Origin: Diadema antillarum
Lineage: Eukaryota
NCBI RefSeq assembly: GCF_040938485.1
Contig: NW_027271970.1
Coordinates: 186,001-250,000 of the forward strand
Reading direction: 5' to 3'
DNA length: 64,000 bases
Shown here: positions 48,470 through 61,760 of the stretch, piece after piece
Layout: every line of letters starts with the position of its first letter
Numbering within the stretch: the stretch's first letter is position 1
The notes under the pieces: generated by a model
Told to the model about the DNA's origin: nothing
Seen by the model: the letters and a program-made list of their open reading frames with translations, nothing else
Databases searched by the model: none
Position numbers and translations under genes: made by a program

Positions 48470-48805
48470 ATTCCGACGGTACGTTATTCCGATAGTTTAT
48501 TATACCAAAGGTTCGTTATTCCGAAGGTTAGTATAAGCGAAATTAAAAAAGAAAATAGTTCGTCATTCTGAAGGTTCGTTAATCAAAAAAAAAAAAAAAA
48601 AAGCTCGTTAACAAAAAGGCTTGATAGTCTAAATTCGAGTGTTTCATTTTTGCAATAACGAACCATCGGAAGAGCACCACAAAATTAATGTTCGGATTAA
48701 CGAACCTTATTTCATGGAAAGATTACCGAACATGTAGGTAAATATCGAATTCATCGGAAGAACGAACATTTGGTATAACGAGCCTTCGGATAAACGAACA
48801 TCACC
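48470..48805. repeat. TTCGTTATTCCGAAGG repeat family member 3' of copy 4
   Basis: Motif arrays ending AACGAACATCAC. Confidence 0.7.
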
Positions 48806-50355
48806 CCTGTTATATCACAACCTCGCTGAATTCCATCTGATCTGCTTCATCAATATCGATACAAAATTGATGGGTTGGTCGATTTTTGTAATGGGTTTTG
48901 GTATACAATTCTAACTATTTCACCATAACCTCACTGTCGTGGTAGTTTCCGTATGCATGATGAGTCGGTATCGTACACTCTCTCCTCTCCCTCCCCCCCC
49001 CCTCCCCAAATCTAACACAGTGCATGAAGCAGGTACAAACAAAAGAATTGAAAATAAACAACTACTAAACACAAAAACACGCATATTCACCCAGGAGCTA
49101 TTCAACGAATTGTATTATGTATGATTCTTGTAATAGTGTGTATTCGCAAGGTTCAGATAAGATTTAGGTATAAAGATAATCACCCAATTGAGTCGTTTTG
49201 AAAATAAGTTCAGAAGGATGCTTGGGAAAGTCTCATGATGCGTTCCAATGCTGTGTATAACACAAAAGTAGAATGTTGTCCTCTGTTACAAGAGACAACA
49301 GCAAGCCACAAACGAACAGCTTGATCAAATTAGTGTATTTCCTCAAAGCTGGACCTGTACGAGGTAAATTACATCCATGCAATCATTATCATTATGTACG
49401 TTAGCTCCCTAATCAAACTACAGGGAAAAGCAGCTGTGAAAAGTATGAAAACGCATTTTTTTTTGTTGTTATATGGTACGTGTCGTGGTGAAGGTTTTGT
49501 GGTCTTATAAAGCGTGTGCATGTTGTGCAGGAGGTTTCGAATGATGTGCAATGTGTTTTCATTAAGAAGGCAATTTATCCATTTAAGTACAAGCTGAATG
49601 ATCCCTCTACGATTCATCTCACAATGGAGATAAATTAAAGAAGCTCCAAAAGAGAAGCCAAGATATCATGATAGCATTTTGCTCTATACGTACATCGGAA
49701 GTTACATGGTTATCTACTTTTTATAGCTTCCAAGGGCACTGTCTAGATGGGGGTTTTGACAATGTCATTATTAAGAGGAGAAATTATTGTTTTACAGAAA
49801 GGTAAAATATATACAGAAATGCACCATAATAATTTCTTCTGCCTTTTATCTTATATTGTTATAAAACGACTTTGATCATTATCTTAAGATATTTTCATAG
49901 TTGTTACAATTGTAAATTTTCTTTATCAGGGTGTATTGTCATTGGTATTATTGTAATCATTATTACATCGTCAAAATTTATGCGGGTTTTGATAAGTATT
50001 CAACTGTCATTATAACTTTCATCGTATGTTGTAATGAAATTATGATTACGCAATCACGTTTAACGGTGTTGGATGATTTGCACCTGAAAGGGAAGAAGTA
50101 GAGGGCTAGTGTACATTTCCAAATCTCCTCATGTAGGCCTCCATATCTTTGTTGTCGTTGTTGTTGATGATGACATGTTATTCAGGTTTGTAAAGAAGTT
50201 TTAAAGCCCAAGCGGCCAACGACGTGAGGTACTTTTGATATTAAACTTTATTTTTTTTTCATTTAATCGAAGGTCCTTATTCTTGGATATGCATTGTACT
50301 TGATTTTCTTTTTGTTTATTTGTTGTTTATTTGACAGAGAGATGGAGACAGACGC

Positions 50356-50391
<36 letters not shown>

Positions 50392-51851
50392 AAAGTAAAT
50401 CATAAAATCAACCCGCTTTGAAACAGTAGGAGCCTACATGCATTTATAAACTTATGCGAGTAGTGACCACTGACGGCGAAGATTTGAAGATACGTCAATC
50501 GCATGCGCGCACACACACTGATGAAAATCTGAGATCAATCGTAGCAACATCTATCAAGCAAGAGTTTTCCTGCATTTTCATCTTCTTTTAAAGGTCCTGA
50601 TTACCTTTGTGAGCAGTTATTTCATTTGCAAATTATAAATTATGCCTTTATCTTTATTGGCACGTACACACTTTTTTCTGTTTCCTTTATAGTGGAAATC
50701 CACCCAAAAATAGATAAACTCAAAGGAAAGAGAAAAAAAAAAATGGAAAAAAATTCAGATAAGAAATAAGACATGACATTTTAAAATTTCACATTTTCTT
50801 CGAAAACATTTCTTGACCAGTCCTTATGAATATTGATGAGCGAGTTGAAAGCACATTCCCATGCTAAAATATATCAGAGTAAACATTTGTTCTCTTTTTA
50901 TTTTGGGTGTTTTAAAGGCAAGCTTTATATCTAAGCAGGTAAAGTATGAGATTTCTGTCATTAATTCTGTGTATAATAATATGAAGAAGAAATTGTGAAT
51001 GCATGACATCAGCAACTTGCTAATTTCAATATTCATATAACGACTAGTCAAGAAGTGTTTTCCGAAAAAGTACGTTATAAAGGTGCTTTTTCTTATCCGA
51101 CTGTCATTTTTTGCACTGTTCTAAAGTTTTTTACCTCTTTCTCATGAAATTGATGAAATTTTGGAATGAATTTTGGAATGAATTAAATTTTCTTCTTTAT
51201 AGGGGGTTTAAGCAGGAACCTTAATGGAAGCGAATTCAAGAACTGTGAACGACACGTTGTGATCTGTAAAATACTCCTTTACCCTGAATAGCCTCTGATT
51301 TGTGAATGCCCTCATCTTCCAACGAGTGCTGTCATTTACCATAGCCCCTTTATCATCAGCTACCCACAGGCATAGGTTGACACAGGGTTGAGAATATGAA
51401 AGAACGCAACGGACGCGGTTCGAGCCTCGTATTTCCCGTTGTACGTCCGAAGCCAAGTCAACTATATACTAGTATAGGCCACATTGTGCTACATCCGGTC
51501 AACTCCTGACCCATAATGTACAAGCCCAACTAATCTACTGTTTCATGCCACAGTGGTCCTATACATCCGGTCAAACCTGGAACCTGGTGTTGATACGCCT
51601 CGACCAGTGCCTCGGTTCGAGGTTAATCTCTTACTGATACGTATTAAACGCATACCTGCCGTGTGCAAAGAGTCACCAACTCACAGGGGTAGTGACTAAA
51701 AATGGAAAACCTCTGTGAAGTTAGTTGTTTGACTTTAGCTAAAATTCAACAACAACAACAACAAGGAAACACAAAAAATAATGATTCATTATATGAGACA
51801 TATAGTATTAAACATTAGCTCTCCTGAAGAGGGAAATCATAATCAAAATCT

Positions 51852-52019
51852 GTGCCCTGTTGCATAAAACCCTTACCGCTGGACTTACCGCTCCTTTCTA
51901 GCGGTAAGTCTTCAAATTAGCGGTAAAGCTTATAATCCTTGATGCTGATTGGCTGTGACGCCTAATTTTGACGGTAGTTACCATTGAAATTCAACGGTAA
52001 GTTTTATGCAACGGGCCAC
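51852..52019. mobile_element. Small Harbinger-like MITE
   Basis: GTGCCCTGTTGCATAAAAC / GTTTTATGCAACGGGCCAC. Confidence 0.75.
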
Positions 52020-54762
52020 TAAAGAGTAGGAACACTAACCCGTTCCGTACGGGAACCTGGTGACCTGCGAATTAAGTCTATGGGCATCTCAGGATTCGGT
52101 ATGGAACGGGTTTAACTTCAGTAGAGAAATATCCGTCATATTCATATTCGCCCAATCCAGGTAAATAAGATGCGGAGGGAGGGGGGGGGTGAGGCATATC
52201 ATACTGTCTATAAAACTTCTCTCTAAATGGTGTTTGTGTATGAAAAATACATTTTAAGGTTTCAGCTGTTTTCAGGCAAAGAATATAGATTTCCTCTGTA
52301 TCAATCTGGAATACGCTCATAGAAAGGGAATGTAATGTTTGTCGAGTTAGACAAGCAATGTTCACGTTCATATACATTTGGACTGAGTGAATGCAGCAAT
52401 ATCAGCAGAACATGTCAGTGAAAATTTGAGGAAATGCAGACAATCCATTCAAAAGTTATAATGTTCTCAGCCTTTCGCATTCACTTTGGATGAGAAGACT
52501 AATCCAGTGTATGATGTCACATGCGTATAAATAGAACAATTATAAAGAATATATAAAGAGAATTCCACGAAATTTCATTCGTTAGTGATGTGCGTTAAAG
52601 GTGATTTTTTTATTCCCCCTGCTTTTTATAGAGGCAAGTCAAGTGCTCTTCTATTACGAGAGAAAAGTGAAAATAATTATGTTGAATTTTGTTATATTTT
52701 CTCCACATCGTTCAACTCCGATGACATCACAAGTTGTAGCAACCTTTTTACGCTCCCAGTCTTTTGTCCTTGTCCGCAGCACCAAGTTACTTAAGTTATT
52801 TCATGGTACCGATACATCTTTTAATAATACAGCATTTTTGTTATTCAAACACTGCGAGATTTGTATGCAGTCTGGTTTGTGCGATATCTATGTGGTTCAT
52901 TAGTTTATTACTCATCTATTTTTTTGTACTGGTGTAATTTTTGTTGGTCAAGACAAACATATCCGTTCTCCGTGTAAAATTATATGCCTATGAACTCGGG
53001 AACCTACAGTTTTACAAGCTTTAAAGCTTTTATGTAGGCCCCATCATATTTCTTATACTTACTAGTGACATTTTCATACGATGTGACCATGTACATTTGT
53101 GTCAAGTATATTTTCTTTTTCTTTTTCTTCTACAATCAAAAGACATGATTGTATATATTTTGTACTCTTGTTTTGTTGTCAATAATTTTGTAATGTCATC
53201 ATTGAGAAAATGGAAATATGAAAATAAATTTGAACTGAACTGAACTGTAGCAGTCTTCTCATCCAGCGATGGCGGCATTGAAACTTTAAAAAATCATAAC
53301 TTTTAAACCGATTGTCCCATTTTCCTCAAACGTTCGCTGATGTATTCTACGGATATTACTGTATTCTCCCAATCTTAATGTAAAAGAAGGTAAACTTGTC
53401 CTTTAAAAAGCGCGGGAGACTCGCAAGTTCATGACCTCCTTACATCATGTTACTTGCATGACGATGAACTTACTGTGTCGTGAAGACACGGTGGTGATTG
53501 AACATGAGAAATCCAAACTTTCACATTTTTGCCCCCCCCCCAAAAAAAAAAATGACAACTTCAATGTTTACTTTGCTTGAACATACAATGTGCAGTGAAA
53601 ACAGTTGAACATGTGGAATTTGAAAAAAGAAAATACCAAAACAAATCACGCCGAATCACCCTCCTCACACTAATCTTCATTGAATTACCTCACACCGGTC
53701 CACAGAAAGTCAGTAATGTTTGCATATTATGAACTTAACGTGCCCTTCGTATTTGCTAGACAATAGTATCACCCCATTGTCACTATTGACAATTGGCTTT
53801 AAAAACCAAAGTGCAGCATATAAAGTGACAGCTGTATATCATTTATGATTCTGACTGGAAAGGAGCTGCGTCATGATTTTGGATGTATATACCCTGCATT
53901 TTTTTTTTCCTTTTGGACTTTGGCCTCTTAGTATATAGGCGCTTTGTACAAATACTCGGGGTTACGGTGCAGAATTCACGAGGCACGTCTGTTTCCCCAG
54001 CCATTTATCCGGTCTCGGCCGACTACTTCGTACACGAGAAGCTTTACCGGCAAAAAAAAAGTTGTGAGTATGACATACGTGCCTATCATATTTTGTAATG
54101 GCTATAGCCATGATCGGATTGCAGGCCAACCTATAAGATATCAGTTCGTTATAGCTCCTTTCCCAGTACAAAACTGATTTTAATAGTGACAGCCGAACAA
54201 GTGCTGTATCCATATTTATTTTTCTCATTTTTGATAATGGATATGACATATGGCGTCCTGTAGGTATATGATATCTCCAAGTCGGCATACATGCCGACGC
54301 TGAACTACACGTCTAATCAGGACTCGTCAATGCTAATTCGGCTGTGGGTTTATAGCAGTAACATGTGTTAAAACAAAAGAAAAAAAATTGGGGGGGGGGG
54401 CGGACATAAGCCCCCTTTAATTTTGTGAAGGCGCCTACCCTTTATGGAATTGCTGGATCCGCCCCTGAGTTATCCTGCTACTCTGAGTCTGCAACGTTGA
54501 GGGTGAAGAAATGATTAACATTATTGTGTTGCGATTGTTTGTTGCGACAAACTGCCATTATCACCATCGTAATATGTGAAAATAATGCCACCGGCACCAC
54601 TTCGTGGCGGAGGCATAAAAACCAAAAAACAAACAGAAAGGATCGATGCGACGAGTCGAATAAACGTGGAAGCCGATGATGCCTTCTCTTGTAGAAATTT
54701 AGAGTAGGACATCAAAAGGGTAAGAGGAGGGCAGAGAAATGTGATGTGGGATACAGTTCGTT

Positions 54763-55065
54763 ATTCCGAAGGTTCGTTAGTCCGAAGGTTCATTAATACG
54801 AACATGAAATGAGGTTCATTACTCCGAAGGTTCGTTATTCCGAACAATGCAGAAGGTTTTTTTTTTTCCGAATAAGAAATAAGGTTCGTAATTCCGAAGG
54901 TTCGTATTTGTGGGCACTTTTTGCTTCCATTTTCAGATTAACAAACTTTCGGAATAACGATTTTATTTCATTTTCAAGTAACGAGCTTTCGAAATAACTA
55001 ACCTTCGGAGTCAGGCCAAAATGTTTGAATTAATCAACCCTGTATCATTTTCGGATCAGCGAATA
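54763..55065. repeat. TTCGTTATTCCGAAGG repeat family member
   Basis: Tandem GTTCGTTA(T/G)TCCGAAG units of about 14 bp. Confidence 0.75.
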
Positions 55066-56217
55066 TCAAGGTAAGGGAATTTGTGTGTGAGACCCTACGA
55101 ATCCTTACAGACACTATATTATACTATTCAACACACATCATTGAATACAGTCTGAAATGTCACAACAAATTCAAAACCTTCACAATGATAATGATGATAT
55201 TGTAAAAATAATGTTCATCTTGACATTATTCCTAAGAATTATCATGGTCATAATCAAATTAACAACCAGGAAGTTATTTCTACAACGCTTTGAGTTACGT
55301 GTTTGAAGACGCATAAGCCCGAAATTCACAAGAGTATACTGGTAGTTTGAATGATATCCGTGGCTTTAGAGTAGATAGTTGAGTGGACCAACAGCGATAA
55401 GCGCACCTAGAACCGTACACTTGTTCGCTTGGACTCATTATTGGATGTTTGTGGGGGTAGTCGACGTATTTTACGTTTGCAAAATCGATGATATGTGAAT
55501 TCTGGCCAAAACTTTATTCAGTACAAGAGGCCTTGTTAAAGTCTCTTGCTGACTATGTTTGAGTATATATTGCCAGCAACACCAGGGACTGGGCAGAAAT
55601 GTGATAACACAAAAACGTCCCAATACGCTGATCTTGGCGTGTACGTCATATATCATTTCTTAACATTTCACCTTTAAAGTTATAACCCTTGAAAGTGGAA
55701 AAGGAGATTAACAAAGCTATATACACCATGTTGATTTTTATTTCGTAGAGACCTCGTAAGTTGCGAATAATGCACGAAGCAACAGTGAAAAATATATATG
55801 ATACACAGTGACCCTATGTACGCATTATGGCATATCATGTTTAAAGTTGCACAAACTAAGAGTAATTATTCAGTCTTTTACTAGTATTTTTCAAAGAAAT
55901 AACAATCAACCGCAACAATGATATACATGCAATACCGAAGACCATCCTTGAGGGGCAAAAAATGGGCAAACAAACATAGTTGAAGTTATGTATCTAGGCC
56001 TATATCACACAGTGATAATGATGTCATAGCACGATGAATGAGATTTATTGTACAAAGGTTTTTAGGATCGCCGACAAGGGGCTCGCGTGTGTCTAATTGC
56101 TCATGACGTCACTATAATGTCGATAAAAGATCATAAAATGACACGTCTCGCAGCATGAACCTTCTTCTTCATTCTATTCTGCAAAGGCACCACCTCCCCG
56201 CTGCAACAGATGCAAAT

Positions 56218-56889
56218 ATGGCACATACGCCCGATCAGCACATACTTCTGCAGTCAACCGAGGGACAGAATCTTCTCAATGGGACACCCATCCGGCAGAC
56301 ATTGCTCCTTAGGATCTTCAGCAAGCAGCTCAAGAGTGGCTACTGCGGAGTACACACTGCCGCCCTCCTCATGAGTGCGCGCCTCTTCGGCCAGAAGTAC
56401 CCGGATGAGCGGCAGCACTGCGATTGTGACGTCAGCGACGTACCGTTTACGGACACCAACATGTTCACCTTTAAGGAGACCACCCGAGTGGTGACCGACG
56501 AAGTTTTGGTCAAACAGGGGGCAACACTGATGGAAATCCAAGAACTATTTCATCAGCACGGCATCTTTAAGCAATGCGAAATATACCTCACGAGCGAAAA
56601 TAGCGTTGACGATTTTCGTTCGAAGGCGTTGGCGGCGCTCTCTCATGGCGACTCCAGCCAGGGTATCCTGATAAACTTCGAAAGCAACTTTATCCATGAT
56701 AACAAATCACACACCTACGGACATTTGAGTCCTCTGGCTGCCTATCACGAAGCTAGCGACCGTTTCCTTCTGCTTGATACTGCTATCCAGAAGAAAGAGG
56801 TCTGGATATCAACAAAGGACATATACAGGAAGATGGACACTCGAGACCCTACTAGCGGACGTAAGCGTGGTTTCCTGATCGCAAGATAA
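56218..56889 (+). CDS. Phytochelatin synthase-like protein, copy 5, 223 aa
   Basis: LQSTEGQNLL, FSKQLKSGYCG, GHLSPLAAYH, DRFLLLD, MDTRDPTSGRKRGFLI (closest match to the canonical PCS C-terminal motif). ORF track starts at 56155; candidate acceptors at AG 56185-56186 and 56208-56209 favour the ATG at 56218. Confidence 0.92.
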   Translation: MAHTPDQHILLQSTEGQNLLNGTPIRQTLLLRIFSKQLKSGYCGVHTAALLMSARLFGQKYPDERQHCDCDVSDVPFTDTNMFTFKETTRVVTDEVLVKQGATLMEIQELFHQHGIFKQCEIYLTSENSVDDFRSKALAALSHGDSSQGILINFESNFIHDNKSHTYGHLSPLAAYHEASDRFLLLDTAIQKKEVWISTKDIYRKMDTRDPTSGRKRGFLIAR

Positions 56890-57387
56890 TGGGAGCCTTC
56901 AGGCCATATTTACCCAAAATTTACAAGATTATCAAATTTTTTGGATGTTTCTCCCGTCCTGACGTTGTGACGAGCTATTCTATTTACCTGTCCCTCAAAA
57001 ACAAAAACAAAAACACATTTTTCAATATTTAGAATCCAGTTTCCATAATATATTTCAAGGACTTAAGAATTACAGTGATCAAACCTCCGGTAAGCGTTCT
57101 GGTTTTCAAGAAGAACTATTGTCGATAAGACATTCATGAAATTTGGATTGACGCTCATAAAACCGATCTTTTTCTGGACTACCCGTGGACCAAGCGTTTC
57201 TGATATCACGCGACGAGAAGAATGTGGGAACATTTTTCTTCATAGGTGTGTGTGTGAGTGTGTGTGTGTGTGTGTATGTGTATGAGGACACATCATGCGT
57301 TGACAGGTGAGTTTTGCTTTCCGCTATTCTCAAAGAGAGCAAAGCTATCAATATGATTCATATGGTCAGTGTCAACTACAGTTAGTT

Positions 57388-57539
57388 TCTGACGGTAATC
57401 TCTTACCTTGAGGATAAGTTCTATGGGGAGCCAAATGTCGCACGGTCGATTTCGTAACGAAATCAACCATACCACACTTGGCGCCCCATAGAACTTCTCA
57501 TCGAGGTTAGATCCTTGCGGTTAAGAATTGCCGTCTGAA
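57388..57539. mobile_element. MITE related to 1776-2047
   Basis: TTCTGACGGTAATC / AATTGCCGTCTGAA ends with inner TATGGGGAGCCAAATG / CACTTGGCGCCCCATAG. Confidence 0.7.
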
Positions 57540-59863
57540 CGTAACTTATATTATATGTGCGAAGCAAAAGTGCAGATGCATGCATGAAATAATGTACGAG
57601 ACAGTTGAGCGGAGCAACGACTGCGCAAAGCTGACATGCAAAGAACTGTTTGAACAGCGCTTGGCCAGTTTTATGCCAGCCTGCATCCCTGGAAGCTTCG
57701 ATGATCTCCAGTCCGTCCATGTGGCGCCAGTGACCAGACTACCGGTACACTGCTTGTCCTTCAACAATGTCACGACTTTGGTTAACATATAGGGCCTACT
57801 TATACCTCACCCGGATCCCCGATATATCTTGGATCCCATGATCAAAATGTATAGATTTAGAATGATAGCTGATGTATTGTATAACAAAGGTAGTCATCAA
57901 ACAGTGCCCTACGGGAACAACTAACTTTTAGATAATAGCATGTGCGACATAAATACGTACTATGTATCCAGATATTATATAAAATGAGATCTTTTAAGGA
58001 GATGTCTGCATTCGCTCGAGTAATTCATTTCGGTTTAGCAGCACGTGGTAAGCCACACTTTTTGTATCCACAACAGTCAATTTTAGAGATCACTATTATT
58101 ACCCAATGACACATCAATATTTTAAATTGTTTTCTCTTGAATCAACGCTCAAGTTGTTGAATCAGAATGGATGACGAGAAATGAATAATGAGAGAAAAAA
58201 AGACTAAAATGTAGTTATGGTTGCGTGAACGATTATGGCGTCTTTTCAGGATTTCAGGGAAACGTTCATTTGTTTAGATCATTTCACATATCATTTTGAA
58301 CTACATGTATACTAGTATTGTACCTTAACTCTTTTTATTGTGTAGCTACATTGCAACTTCAAAACTCCTCTACGGGATGTGAATTGATTAATATCTACAA
58401 TATACTCTTCTAACATGTAACTCCGCATAACTGACGTATATCATTTAAAAGTTGTAGTTATCAATGTCATCATGGCTATAGCCGTTACAAAATATGATAG
58501 GCACGTATGTCATCAATGTCGTGTCAGTATAAAATTAGAAAATAGTGCTGCAGATATTTCTTTTTTGGATGGAAAATCTCTCAAGAAAAAGAACAAATCA
58601 CAGGAAATCAGTAAAAGTTACGAAGATTACAACATCAACACCATTAAGAAGTCCATGCATCCAGCATATTGACGTGTGAGATACAGTATTTCAGATTTGT
58701 GATTATCGTGCGTCCACGTTTACTTCGAATAAAGTTTAATTTGAATATTGTACGAACAGCATGTGTGCTTGCATTTTTTGCGGTACATTTTGATTTTATT
58801 CATTAAATTCTTCATAACACAATCTTGCAAACAATACATAACTGCAAGTCGCGTTATGGCAACAAGATAAAAAGTATATACCCTCATTTTCTTCTAAATC
58901 CTAAATGTATTTTCCTTTTCATAAGCAGCAGTCGCAAACGCTCGCTTGAGATTCATTTCATTTGTTTGTACAAAGTAGGCGATTATAGTCAAGTATAAGA
59001 ATCAATATACCCGAAGGTCGGGTAATTCGGCAATTCGGCAGTTAACCCTTACTCTGCCAATGATGTCAAATGTGCACACATTTAATACACAAACATAAGA
59101 AGAGGGAATCAATGTGGCATTCAGAGGGTCAATAATATTGCCCGATCACGGAGAAAGAGAGTTTTCTTTAAACATTTATTGAAGTATTAACATCGCGTTC
59201 ATTCCAAGTACCAACAGAAGAGATCTCAAGACGTAATACATGTTTGTCTCATTGATGGAAGGAGAAGAAGCAGAAGAAAAGAACAGAGAGAGAGAGAGAG
59301 AAAAGAGGATTGCGAGATTTAAGAGCGGGAAAAAAAGACAAATATTAAATGTAAGGAAGAGAAAGAATCGATAGTTTGCTAATTTGCAGTTTATTCATCC
59401 TTTGTATTGCCTATTAAAGGTAACTAAACAATAGAAGTGGCAGCTAAATTATTTTCCATTTATTTCACATACTTGGCCCTGTGCATTTCAGCCCATCCTC
59501 CTATATTGAAGATCACCACTGATGTTAAGACATTCTAAACAGCAGCTGAACATAATAAACCAAGCGTCCCGCTAACGTGAATTTAAATTCCTGAAAATAC
59601 TGATTACAAAACAGATGACCCTCAGACTGTCGGAACACATGCATTACAGATAATATTCGTATGCCTGTTCAACATTCTTTTAAGAGACCTACTGACCAAG
59701 TGCCAAAATCCGACAGGGAGAAAACAAAAATCACACAAACACAATGATGTAGGGCCTAGCACAAGTTAGGAAAACATTAAGTGCTTAGTCATCGCTCTAT
59801 GTTATCAATGATAATTATCAATGATAATGTTGATCTTTGAGTCCGCGCTGCACTGATGACGCG

Positions 59864-59908
59864 CTATCACGCTACCGCTATCACGCTACCGCTATCACGC
59901 TTTCGCTA
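59864..59908 (+). repeat. 14-bp tandem repeat (GCTATCACGCTACC), about 3 copies
   Basis: Direct reading. Confidence 0.8.
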
Positions 59909-61760
59909 CCTTGAATAAAGACTAAACGCACCGCGTTTACAACAGAACACCTGTGGACATACAGAAGACAGTGCTCTTCTTTGTATAGCGGTTAGTTTTG
60001 ATTCAGAAGTATAGGGATATAAACACGAGACCAAATTGGTTAAAAATTCATTTATTATGACTAAGCTACTCATTTGGAAATGCTATCATATCTTAATAAG
60101 CCTATCTATGTCCGACAAACAAAATGACACCAAAAACGTTTTGCCACCTCAGGTGGTACCAATAACCCATTTTTCGGGTCTTGGCCCATGGACTACATAT
60201 ATACCTGTCAGATTAGCTAAATCCTCACTCCCTTGGGAGAAGTGACTACTGAATTCAATTTAACCATTTGAGTGTTTTGAGTGCCGATTAGCCCAGAAAA
60301 CCGTACAGGTTTTTACACACTGTCCAAAGTCGCTGGAATGAAAAGGCTTGATAAAGATGCCGGCATATTTCCCTTGCATGGAGTGCAACAAAACATTCAA
60401 AATAACATAATATTGATGCAATGAAAAGAGGATTACTGTTCGACTCCCCGGAGGCCCCCTTTCCCCCCGAAGTTCCTGTAGTCCGAATGTTTCTTTATTG
60501 AGAAGGTTTGTTAGTGATCGGACCTGTTTCATCTTCATACAGTCAAAGCTTCAGACTGGCGAACCATATTTCATTTTCGGATAAAGGATCCTTTGGAATA
60601 ATGCCACAATAATATTCGGATTAACAAACCCTGTTTCATTTTCGTAGTAACGAACATCTATAGCATAGGGAATTTGTGTATCTTCGGAAGAATGAGCCTT
60701 CTGAATAATAAACACCAGCCGAAAATTAGACAGTTTCAGTATGGCGTTTATTCTCATGTTATGATAGAAATGTAATGAAACAAAACAACAAAGTGAACAA
60801 CGTATTAATTTGACAATCTGAGAGACCACCACCATCTGCAGAGCTCCAGGTATAAGATGACTGAATGTACAAGGACAAGAAAAGATTCGGAAATTTGCAT
60901 ATATAATATTCACTGGAATATATTATATTACGAAACTGCGCGTGAATTTGAGATGGTATGAGGGAGGATCACAAAAGTCAAGTAATGATCATGATAATTT
61001 CCTTTAGTCAATGCTTATGAACCTGAAATATGTAGTGTGTGGCGGAGGTGGTTTGGGTGTAGGGCCTATGGTGTACTCTGGTGTTTTGCTTGAAAACGCA
61101 TGATCAGTTGAAAATAAAGAAATGAAACATAAAAGAGACGACACTTTTAGGGGAACGTTCATTTTGTTCAGGTGTGTGTATCTATTTTGAACGTCTTTAA
61201 ACTATGAATACGCCTGCCAATCATCTAACAAGCAGCAGACATCAAATCTTTGACGCTGACGTTGTCTAACAATAACGAGAAAGCCAAAACGAGAAACGTA
61301 AATGTTTTGATACGTTCACAGGGTGCGTCAAATTTTCCAAAGTGTAGGCCTATGAATTACGATATTCTTTGCGAGTTTACAGGGTTGCCTTCAGTAACGA
61401 CAGAGCATCACGGAAAGTGCCCCTTTTCATTACTTACTTGAGATGGTGAAAATAATTTTGTAATATCATTCTCTCTTGCTCTCGATAGCAATAGGCCTGT
61501 ACTAAATTTGAAAACAGTATTGACGTGTTGACATGTTGGAGTTGAATTACAAATACATTATGCATTAAACAGATCAAATGAAATCACTGACTCATTTTGT
61601 CGAACTTGTTTGTTTGGTTTCTTCAGCTCACCATGATCAACATCAGTATCATAACAGTGAGTTAGTAAACTGAACGTATTGACATCATCTGACTACATGG
61701 TTTTTTTATTGGTTTGTTTTTACGTCAATAGACGGCATCGTATGGGAACACGTTTAAAAC

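Noticed and set aside
51208-51456. 82-aa minus ORF and other short ORFs (6564, 43962, 57463-57792) with plausible composition
   Set aside because: No recognisable motif, splice context or paralogue support.
55055-55076. ATCAGC-N4-ATCAAG|GTAA motif (also 21185-21204) as shared first-exon donor
   Set aside because: The 55055 copy coincides with the degenerate end of the TTCGTTATTCCGAA repeat, so the match may be chance.
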